DNA of 64,000 bases from the human T2T-CHM13v2.0 reference genome, Homo sapiens, in NCBI RefSeq assembly GCF_009914755.1, contig NC_060925.1; one strand, written 5' to 3'. Shown piece after piece: positions 52,640 through 64,000 of this stretch (its first letter is position 1; each line of letters begins with the position of its first letter). The notes beneath the pieces are model-generated. The model was not told where the DNA came from, did no database searches, and saw nothing but the letters and a program-made list of their open reading frames with translations. The position numbers were made by a program, and so were the translations under genes.

Positions 52640-53115
52640 TGAGATCCATCACCTCTCTGGCTTCATTTTCAGTCCTCTCCCTTGACTCACTCTGCTGCAG
52701 CCACAGTGGCCTCTTTGCTGTTCCCCAAACTTGCCATGCTCACTCTTACATCAGGGCCTTTGCATTGGCCGTCCCCTCTACCTGGAAGGCCCTTCTCCAG
52801 ATGTCCACACATTTGGCTCCTTCGGCGGATGCCGCTCTTCACCACATGTCCCCAATTCTACAAAGCCTTTCCCAGCCACCTGATCTAAAATTACAACCCT
52901 CCTCTCTATTTCCCATCCTGCTGCCCTGGTTGTTTTCCCCCTAGGCACTTACCACCCCATTTACATACTCTTCGCCTAGCTCCTCCCTCTAGCATGGAAG
53001 TTCCCAAGGGCAGGGAGTTTTGTCTCTTTGGTTTGCTGCTGTATCCCCAGCAACCTGGGCAACGTCTAGTTCATAGTAGATGCTCACTAAATATAAATGT
53101 GAGTGAATGAATGAT
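52640..53115 (+). mobile_element. L2 3' end
   Basis: tcagggcctttgcattggccgtcccctctacctggaa...gctgtatccccagc...gagtgaatgaatga. Confidence 0.88.
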
Positions 53116-54289
53116 AGTTAGATACGCATAACACAGTCTCCTCCCTCTGTATACCCTGAAATGTCAGGTTGAATTAATTCATGGAAGCAGAGGAGGTATC
53201 TTGGATGGGGAAGGATTGGGAAGGAGCTAAGCAACCAACTGGCTCAGCCAGGCCCTGAGGAGACTTCCAAACCCAATTAGCAGTTTTATTAAAGACAATA
53301 GGATTAGAAGTATTTGCAGCAAACGTTTACTTGGCTTGAGCTCTCTCTCTCCACCCCCCAGGGCAGTGCCTTGCTTCTCTGTCTCCCTGCTCAGGAGACA
53401 GGGCTCCCAGCAGGTCTGTGACTGGACCCAGAAGATGGGGGCTGGAGATCTGTAAGAATGGACTCTCCCTTCTCTTCTGTCGCCCCCCACTCCTACCTGC
53501 TGCCCTAGCAGGGGTCCCTCCCCTCAGAGCAAAAGTGGGAACTTCACACCCCTGGGCTTCTGCTCCCTGCAGGGGAAAATGCTGAGTACATTTCCGTAAT
53601 CAAATTTCCTTTATGTTTACCCTCCTCTGGGCTTTTGCACTTGCTGTTCCCTCTCCCCAGCTCTTGGTGTGGCTGGTGCCTTCCCACCCTCTAGCTCTAT
53701 GCCCAAATGTCACCTCTTTAGGGACACCCTCTCTGACTACCCTACCTCAAGGGGCCTACCAAAGTCACCTTGCTTATTTCTTTGGTAGCTCTTATCCAAG
53801 TGAAATGATCTTGTTTTGCATTTGCTGTACAAGTAAATGATCCTGACATCAACCTTGTCATGTTAATATGATATTACCCCCATTTTACTGATAGGGAAAC
53901 AGAGGCACAGAGAGGTTATGAAGTAAATCTCTGAAGCCACACTACAGGCTGGGGGTGGAGCTGGGAGTAAACTGAAGTTCAGTAAATGCAAAGTTCCCGC
54001 TCTTTCCTTGCCATCGCAGGGAGTCTCTCCTTAATGAATGGAGGGTCCTGGGGTGACCTGCATTCACAACTCCTGTATGCACAGCCTCATTCAAACACAG
54101 AGAACACAAGAATCCCAGCTGGGGGGTGGGGGGTGGATGCGTAGCCCAGCAGGCCAGCCTCCACGCCCCCAGCCTGCTGACTGCTAAAAGCAGAGGTCAG
54201 CCTGTGGACCCAGGCATGGGAGGGACAGTCACAGGCTGCGTGTCCTCCAATCCTCAGCCCAGTGGGGCCAGGAGGCTTCACTACATCGG

Positions 54290-54640
54290 GCAGCAGTATA
54301 TTCCCACCTGCTGCAGATATTAATTTGGAGTTTATAGAAAAATCCATATGTTGTGAGTTATCCAGGGCGGCGGTCGTGGGGAGAGGCACAAAATCAATAG
54401 TGAGAGATTGTCCTCTTTCATGGCTTCTGTAAACAGGGCTGCCTGGGCCACTCAGGGTAGGTACAAGCAGCCGGAGGTCAGTGGGCTTCCGGCCCTGTGT
54501 GGTGGCGCCTCTGGCTGCCAGCCCTCAGGAGACTCGTTTCGGCGCCTGCTGGGACTGATTTGTACTCTCGCTTGGCACTGTCAAAGGGCTCGGTAAATAT
54601 TTATTAACACTTCTCCGCAGGTGATTGCGCCTTCTTGGCT
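54290..54640. promoter_or_regulatory. Candidate conserved enhancer (FOX/MEIS/TCF/homeodomain motifs, CpG-retaining)
   Basis: ATTAAT, GTAAACA 54429-54435, CTGTCAAAG, GTAAATATTTATT, many CpGs. Confidence 0.4.
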
Positions 54641-54949
54641 GCAGCTCCTTGGGCATCAGACTGTGGCAGAGATGCTCCTTGCCATACCCCACAGCTTGCC
54701 TGTGTCACACAGCAAGGGGGCCCCCAGGGAGCGCAGAAAATGAGGTCCCAGCCCAGGGTGGAGGCAGTGGCTCCATCTTCAGGGAGGGCTCATGAGGTTT
54801 TTGTCAAGGAGTCAAAGTCGTGGCTGGGCAGATGCTGAGTCTGAGAGGACCTCACCCCCACCCCCAGTGACTGCTGGACTCACAGCTGGATCCACTTGCT
54901 TTCCTTTGCAAGCAGTGTCTCACTACTGGCCGGGATGAGAGGCGTTGGA

Positions 54950-55572
<623 letters not shown>

Positions 55573-55699
55573 TTCCAGAAGGCAATCTGGGCTTCATGTC
55601 TCTGCCCAGTACCAATACAGGGCCAGGTGCAGGGTGGGTAAGTGGGGCTGGATGGGTGGCCTGGCAGTGTTACCCACCAGATCTTTCCAGTTCTCTTGG

Positions 55700-55900
55700 G
55701 CACAGAGTAGGCTTGAACTTGCTCAGTCCCAGAAGGTGGGGGTGATCACATGACTTGCTTTGGCCAGGGAAGTAGGAGTGGACATAGTAGGTGAATCTTT
55801 AAGAGCCAGGGAGCAATTCACCATGCTTTCCTTCCCTCTGCCACAGGGACCAGCAACGATCCAGATGGTGGCTGTGCTCTGTCTGCGTGGGTCCCAGAGT
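55700..55900 (+). mobile_element. MLT1 (H/I-like) fragment
   Basis: catgacttgctttggcca...tttaagagccag...ttccctctgccac. Confidence 0.65.
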
Positions 55901-56019
55901 GAGAAGCTGAGGTGCCGGCCTTGTTGAACAGGGAGGGCTGCTCTCTGCTCTGGAGATGGCACTGTGCTCTCATGTCCACATTGTGGAAGGCGGAAGGGCG
56001 AGAGAGGCTGGGTGACACC

Positions 56020-56160
56020 TCTTCTGTAAGGAGCTTAACGAGGGCTCTGCCCTCAGTACTTAATCATCTTTCTAAAGGCCCCACCTCTTAACACTATCAC
56101 ACTGGTGATTACGTTTCAACACATGAATTCTGGGGGGACACCATCATTCAAACCATAACA
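56020..56160 (-). mobile_element. MLT1A/MST 5' fragment
   Basis: aaaggccccacctcttaacactatcacactggtgattacgtttcaacacatgaattctggggggacacc...attcaaaccataaca. Confidence 0.85.
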
Positions 56161-58039
56161 CCAGGTATCACTTGCCCTGTCCACCTTCTGGGGCTGTGGG
56201 ATGCCAACTCCGGGGTCGCTGGATCTCACAGCAGGCTCCAGGTATGTGGGGTGATGCCTAATGAGTGAGAAGTTTCCCTGAGTGGCTCTGGAACCACAGT
56301 GGGGCAAACAGAAGCTACTTAAAGTGCTGGCCATTTTATGCTGGCCCTTTCCCACGAATGCCTACTATTTGCTAAGGTCCTCAGAGTGCACACCTGAAAA
56401 AGTCACCTCTGTCTCTATAACTTTCAGGGGATGGGCTTTCCTTGGGTTCTTTGTATATTTCCCAACCACAGTCATCCTAGGACTTAGTGGGAGTCTGGGT
56501 AGACAGCACACCTGGGGAAGAATGGCTGAGGCCAAGCTAAAAGCTATATATCCACCATGATGGCTGTAGAATTATTTGTGATGACCCATCTGGAAGCAGC
56601 CCTCAGAACCATCAGTAAGGAGTGGAGGGTGCTTCAATGATGGGATCCTGCTCCATGGAACCTCTCCTACCCGGTGGATATGGCCATGATGGTTACTGAG
56701 CAGCCCTGGGAGGCCCCCGCCACAGCTGGCACTGAATGGCGTCAGTGCCCAATGACTGATGCAATCATACGAAATGTGCAGGGCAGCCAAAGGAACTCAA
56801 AAAAGGGAAGAGTGAAGAGCCAAGTGATTAGAAATGATTTTCTCTCTTTATCTAAAGAGTCTTTATTGTTTGTGGGGCAGGAGGAGTGATCATTTACCAC
56901 CGCTCCGGTTCGCAGGGAGAAGCATTTCCACTGAAACATCCTCCAGACCTAGCTCTTCACTCGCTCACCCCCGCCTCCCCTTGGGAAGAGGAGGAACTCC
57001 TCTGATTAGTGGGTTTGGGTGAAGGCACTGAACATGCTTAGCTCCTGCCCTGCCTCTCTCTGGGTTCTGCCTGCCTGCAGAAAATTCCCTGCATCTTTTT
57101 TCCACTAGCGGAGCGGGCTCTGCCCGGGCGAGGCAGATCTGCAGTTCCGGGGAGGAGGTTCTGTGTTCTCCTGTGCACCGAAGCTGGAGTTTTGATCTCC
57201 ATTTGTCTGATTCTGGTGGGAAGTGAGGGATGTTATATTGGGCTTTCTTAAGCCTCATTGGTGTCAAAAATGTATCTTGCTAAAAAAGGAAATGGATGAT
57301 ATATATTTTTTAAGTCAGGGTTTTTGCAAAATGCTTCACTTCAGACGCAGTGTCCAGTGGGCGTTGCCCTCAGTGCTTCACCTGGGGGGCTCCACTGAAT
57401 GCTGAGGGTGACCAGATCATGTCACAGTAAAAAGTAACTAAATGGCACAATAGGAAGTACCTGGATCTGGAAGAGGCTGGGTGGTGAGGCCCACATGTTA
57501 CCCAGCCAGGAGGGCACCAGTCTGCCATTCACTACCGTGTGTCCTTGGACAAGATGCCTCAACAAATGTGGGGTGTGGACTTTGGAGTCAGACAGACCTG
57601 GGGGTGGTGTCTGACTTCCCCACTTAACGTGCGATCTTAGGAAAATCACTTAACCTCTCTGAGACTCAATTTCCCCATCTACCAAATGAGAGTAAGAAGC
57701 ATTCTTCCTCCAGGGGTCCCAGGGTGCACATGATGGTGCTGAGCTTAGAGCACCATGACCTTTCACCGCTGGTGTACGGTGGGATGGATGGATGGAGGTA
57801 ACCAAGAGATACCTATGGGCCTCGGAAAACTCTGGAAGTGCTGGAATTGGGCTATTTTCCCTTCCCCCTTGTCTCTTCTGTTCCTCATCTGTCTAATAAC
57901 CTTTCAAAAACTCACCCCACCGCCCACCACAGAGGTAGGGAACATGTTCCATGGTCAATGTTCGACCCCCACCTCAGTGTTTTGGGCTGATTTCACTCCA
58001 ACACGTCTTTGCATTTTGACTCCACCAGATTGAGCCTCT

Positions 58040-58510
58040 CTGTTTCACTGCAGAATTGTGGGTTTTTCTCATAAAGTGTTTACTGGGTATGTAAAATATA
58101 ATCACAGCTTTATGAATATGAACTAGATTATTTTAATGATTGCAGGTAATTTAAAACTTAAGGACAATCACATTTTCCAGTTGTCTTTCAGTGCCTTAGA
58201 AACACGAGCGAGTGGTTCTGAACAGCCGCGGTCTTGCATGCCTGCCCCTCAGCAACGGCCCTGCTCCAAACCGGTGTTACAGTGATCTGATTATTGTAAT
58301 TGATGACATTAGGAATAAGGAATCCACACAGAATAATACAGGTGCCTGTCATGCCAGAGTGGTTTTATTCATTGTTAGAGAAGTTCATAAAGTTGAAAGA
58401 AAGCATCTACATGGGCTAGAACAGCAAAAAGCATGTTTTAGTCCTTTCTTAATTTGTGAATAAAATGATGAATTCCAGAAGCCTATTTTCACTGACAATT
58501 GAAATCAGCC
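58040..58510. promoter_or_regulatory. Candidate conserved enhancer (posterior HOX/CDX and FOX motifs)
   Basis: CTCATAAA 58068-58075 next to TGTTTAC 58077-58083; TTTATGA; TAATTGA; TTCATAAA. Confidence 0.4.
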
Positions 58511-59689
58511 CTGTACACCCCTGCACCTGCTCTCTACCCCTGGGAGTTCTGCTCTGTCTTCCAGTCTCTGCGGGAAGCTCCCGCCCTGGCCAGCCCTAGG
58601 CTCCCTGCTGTCCCCAGGCCCCAGCTTCTGTTTATTCTTCCATGCTGGCCTCATGCAATTTCTCCCTTGGACCCTCTCCCCAGTCTGGCTGCAGAGCCAG
58701 TCCCTTTTGGGTGTGACCACTGATAATAGACATAGGGATCTGGAAACTGTCATTCATCTTTCTAGAAACCAGATTCTCTTTTTAGGGGGTAGCTGTAAAC
58801 TCTATGGATTTCTGCTGTCCATTTTACAATTAAATATAGGATATCTATCATTTCTTGAGTGTGACAATGTGCAGGTGTGGTGTTTAACTGCACATAGATT
58901 AGCTAATGGAACGGCTTACAGCCACCTCATATTATTGATTTTCTTATTCCCATTTTACAGATAAGGACTCTGAGGCTCAGAGAGGCTACATTATTTGCCT
59001 AAGAAAGTACATTTTAGTTAGTGGCAGTGACAAGATTCCAGGTTTTGTGTGGCTCTTAATGGCTACAAAGTTGCTTTTCCTCAGAGAAGGGAGGGAGGAA
59101 GAAAGTGGGATGTGCATGCAGGAAAATGTGGGTGCAAAGGTGTAGAGACGTGGGATTTGGAGACGTTCCTGATAATTCTTGGAGGCTGTTTTTTTGCGGG
59201 GGAGTGGGAGGGGAATTGGAAGGCAGGTCCTTGGCTGAACAAGAGATAAGGAGTTAGTTGAGTGGCAGAATGCAGATTGGTGAAGAGGAAAGAGATTTTA
59301 AAATATGGAAGAGGAGAGGTGGAAGAGTTTATGGATCAGATGCACTTAGGAGGAGTTGAGAGTTCAGATGAGGGAGATGTCTAAGAATGAGGAGACTCTC
59401 CAGACCACATGGTTGCACGAGGTTGTGTGATGTCCTTTAGTCATGCGGGGGGCTGTGGAGATGGAGAAGAGGTGAGAGGTGAGAAGAGATGTGAGGCTGC
59501 CTCCTGGTCCTCACTGCAGTGCGGGCAGGCAGGGGTTTGGGGGGCGGGGTTGGGGAGCATAATTCATGCAGCCCCAGCCCATGGACTACAGGGGACTGCA
59601 CCCAGGCTGCTCCCACACCCCCATCTTCACCTCTTGGGCCACCCAGAGGTGCACTTTGCAAGGTGACGCTGCAGATTCCCAGCTCAGGG

Positions 59690-60420
59690 ACATGGTTAAG
59701 ACAGGATGATTTTCCTCTCATTCCTGCTAATTTGCTGCTTCTGCTTAAGCTCATAAAAAGTTTCCTAGCAAAACCATTTCGGCCTGAGTTCCTGCTGGAG
59801 CCCGCTGAGCTGCTGTAATTAAGCTTTGATTAGCCGGCTATAAATTCCCTTTCAGAAGCCAGCATTGCCCTTGGAGGGCCCCAGCAGCGTGTTCGGTGCA
59901 TGTCTGCCCCAGAACTTGGGTGATGATTCCCAGTGTCAATGGTCAATGAGCATTGTCAGGGATGGAGGCAGAGATCATCCTACTCAGTCTGACTGAGGTG
60001 GGCATGTGCAGGAAAAAGACCCAGGCCAACTCACTACCTCCCAGAAGTGGGACAATGATGGGCTGGGGTTCTGGAGGCAAAGGATGCTGGTATGAACAGT
60101 CCCTTTGGAAAGCCCTTCCTGGCTTCTGTTTTATAACTCCAAACAATAGGCCCTGCCAAATATATTTTTCTAACATCACAAGCTTGTTGCAAAGTCAGTT
60201 TTATGGATGCACTAAACCTGCCTTTTAAATTATCATCAAGTATAATAAAATGGCAGAAAATCATCAATTTTCCGAGAATGTGAGTAAAGTGAAAGTTAGT
60301 TACATGTTGGCATGTGGGCTGCAGTCCAGCTGTGTCTATAATCGGAATTAAGCCCTGCAAGCTTTGTGGGAACAGCTGTTTTCTGATGGAACAGCCAGGC
60401 TTATATTTTATTTGGAGGAG
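59690..60420. promoter_or_regulatory. Candidate conserved enhancer(s) (HOX/TCF/homeodomain motifs)
   Basis: TCATAAAA 59751-59758; TAATTAA 59816-59822 next to CTTTGAT 59824-59830; TTTTATGG 60199-60206. Confidence 0.4.
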
Positions 60421-60494
60421 GTAAGGCCAGAACCTCAGAGAAGTGGCCCCTGCCTGGGAGAGGGAGAACTGAGGGCCTGCATGTCTGTAACTCA

Positions 60495-61412
<918 letters not shown>

Positions 61413-61764
61413 GCACAGGTCTGGGAGTGTCCCGCCAGATCACAAAGTCTCCCAAGGCAGGACCACCTCTGTCTAGCTCACTGCTGGATCCTTTTCACCC
61501 AGCTCAGTGTTCAGCGCTCAATAAATATTTCTTGAGTTTATGAATAACAGGTGGCAGGAAATGTCCTTTTACAATAGTGTTCTCCAGGGGCTGGACTGAT
61601 TCAAAGCCAAACAGTTCAGCCCCGCCACTGCCTGGATCCGCCAGGGACACCGCCAGGGACACCACCAGGTCATCCTGGAGAAGGGAAGGGGAGGGAAAGA
61701 GAAGGGGAGGGGAGGGAAGGGGGAAGGGAAGAATAGCCAAGAGGAGGGACAGAAATAGATACAG

Positions 61765-61952
61765 AAGGCCAGCACCTTGACTTTAGCCCCATGAAGCTGA
61801 TTTTGGACTTTTGGTCTCCGGAATGATAAGAAGATCAATTTGAGTTTTATTTTTTTAGAGGAAGGAATACATCCCAAGTCATTAAAATGTGTGTTATTTT
61901 AAAGCCACTAAATTTGTGATAATCTGTTACAACGGCAATAGGAAACTAACAC
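61765..61952 (+). mobile_element. MLT1C/D LTR 3' fragment
   Basis: caccttgactttagcccc...aagccactaaatttgtgataatctgttacaacggcaataggaaactaacaca. Confidence 0.85.
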
Positions 61953-62378
61953 ACCTCCTGAGATACACACCCAGCTTCTCACCACCATGTTCCCTCTGAC
62001 TCTCTGACCTGCCAAGCCTCTCCTCCAACAGCTGACCTCCAGGAGTCCCATCTAGGCTCTAACTTCCAACTCTCACCTCCAGTCCTGACCTCTCAGGGTT
62101 CACGCTAATCTTTGACACCTTGAGTCTCCTCTCTGACGCCATATCCCTGATACTCACCTCCTATCTCTCAGCTCCTGAGGCTGACTTCCAAACTCCAATC
62201 CGCACTGCTCACCTCCAGCTTCTCACTCCTCAAAGTCCCCCCTCCAACATCTGGTCTTCTAGCCTCCCGCTTCCTCAGTCCTTGGGACCTCTCCCACTTA
62301 GACCTCCAGATAGGCCCCCTATAGCCCAGCACATGCAGTGAGAGGTCAGGTGCCTTTGGGATGGCTTTGCTTGCCTGT

Positions 62379-63176
62379 GTTTATTTATATTTATTTATTT
62401 ATTTTTAACTTATATTCAGGGTATGTGTGTAGGTTTGTTACATAGGTAAACTCCTGTCATGGGGGGTTTGTTGTACAGATCATTTCATCACCCAGGTACT
62501 AAGCTTAGTACCCAATAGTTATCGTTTCTTTTCCTCTCCCTCCTCCCACTCTTTACCCTCAAGTAGGCCCCAGTGCCTGTCGTTTCCCTCTTTGTGTTCA
62601 TGAGTTCTCATCATTTAGCTACCACTTATAAGTGAGAACATGTGGTATTTGGTTTTCTGTTCCTGTATTAGTTTGCTGAGGATAATGGCCTCCAGCTCCA
62701 TCCATGTCCCTGCAAAGGACATGAACTCGCTCCTCTTTTTATGGCTGCATAGTATTCCATGGTGTAAATGTACCACATTTTCTTTATCCAGTCTGTCACT
62801 GATGGGCATTTCTGAGAAGTGCAGAGGTGATAAGAGTGCGCAGAATTGTCGGCGTGTGGGGATTAGCAGGCCGGCATGTTTCCTCCTGCAGGCAGCCCTG
62901 CTTCTCAGCGCTCAGAGACATAAGGCATTTCAGGAGAAGCATCGTCTCTTAAGACTTTGGCAAGGTGAGGCCTTTCAGTATCCATGGATGCCACCTGTCA
63001 GCAGGAACCCCTAGCTGATTAAGAACCCAGCCCCATGGGTTATCTAGGTTGATTCCATGTCTTTGCTATTATGAATAGTGCTGCGATGAACATTCACGTG
63101 CGTGTGTCTTTGTGTCCTTACGGTAGAATGATTTATATTCCTCTGGGTATACACCCTGTAGTGGCATTGCTGGGTC
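62379..63176 (-). mobile_element. Older L1PA/L1PB 3' fragment interrupted by an ~230-bp non-L1 insert
   Basis: L1 3'UTR/ORF2 end runs to gatgggcatt (62810) and resumes taggttgattccatgtctttgctatt (~63045). Confidence 0.9.
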
Positions 63177-63999
63177 ATTCCCCCTGTTTTATATGGTCCA
63201 GTAGCTGCAACCACACAATGGCAGAGCAACCGGCTGAAGAGGGCAGAGTTCTACATTATCATCAACTGGGAGAAAAGAACTGGCTTGTTTTGACAATATA
63301 CTTTAATACATTCAACCAAGTAGTCAATAAATATTGAACTGAATTGACCTGAATAATCTAATAATAATCAAAGCTACTGTTTATTGAGGATTTATTATGA
63401 GTCTGGCACTTTAGCTACATTTTTCTTCTAATTCCTATAGTTACCTCTGGGAGAAGAAGTACTATTATTTCTCTCATATTATGGGTGAGAAAATTGAAGT
63501 TCAGAGAGGCCAAGGGAATTACCCAAGGACACACAGCCAGAAGGTGGTAGAGCTGGGATTTGAACCAGTGTGGTCCAGGGCTCAAGTTCTAACCATACTC
63601 TTAATGATTTCTTTTCATTCAAGCCTCAGTTTCCCCAGCTGTAGAAGGGGGATCATGGCAGTACCAACCTCACAGACTGGTGTGGTGGTAACTGCAGAAT
63701 TTCTCTGGGGTTCTTGAAATGCCAGTAGAGCAGTTGGCCCCTGATGGCAGGCCCCAGCCCGGGCTGGGCACTGGTCACTCTGGTTCCTCAGGGACCCTGC
63801 TCCTTTTGTGCGGAGCCTATCATTCCTAGAGAGCAGCCACTCTTTTCCCATGGCCTTCCCTGGGTTTCCTTTTAACGGCTGCTCCGTGCCTGGACGATGC
63901 TTTTCCTGAAATGCCTTATGTCTCTGAGAGCCGCGGAGCAGGGCTGCCTGCAGGAGGAAATGTGCCGGCCTGCTAATCCCCACACGCTGACAATTCTGC
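62840..63999. repeat. 107-bp inverted repeat (62840-62946 vs 63893-63999), may extend past the window
   Basis: Reverse-complement match, 8 mismatches, no indels; ORFs on both strands share GISRPA.FLLQAALL..QRHKAFQEKHR. Confidence 0.97.
63355..63600 (-). mobile_element. MIR, near full length
   Basis: aataataatcaaagctactgtttattgagg...gagaaaattgaagttcagagagg...gagctgggatttgaacc. Confidence 0.88.
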
Positions 64000-64000
64000 A

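Noticed and set aside
57733-57756. ATGGTGCT/AGCACCAT hairpin with a REST half-site
   Set aside because: Only 8-bp arms and no GGACAG half-site; compatible with chance

Overview
Primate genomic DNA, most likely human (AluJ/S/Y, L1PA, MIR, L2, MaLR/ERVL LTRs, Tigger1, hAT MITEs). It is moderately GC-rich and looks intergenic or deep-intronic. I find no credible host protein-coding exon, RNA gene, CpG island or CRISPR array. The ORF track is almost entirely repeat-derived or chance ORFs; the exceptions are a 345-codon open Tigger1 transposase remnant and L1 ORF2 C-terminal fragments. I see no evidence for a new gene system. The notable content is mechanistic and regulatory: (1) a TSD-bracketed L1PA insertion carrying a 3' transduction (49.7-50.4 kb); (2) an L1 interrupted by an inverted copy of nearby unique DNA (62.8-64.0 kb); (3) a twin-primed, 5'-inverted L1 (45.7-46.6 kb); (4) a 25-nt retro-insertion with a 13-bp TSD; (5) several short local duplications and palindromes in unique DNA; (6) a series of repeat-free, motif-dense islands at 38-60 kb that resemble conserved developmental enhancers, plus a CRE/AP-1/GC-box/CCAAT cluster near 14 kb. 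Repeat subfamily names come from recalled consensus sequences, not a database search. Boundaries of old repeats are approximate.
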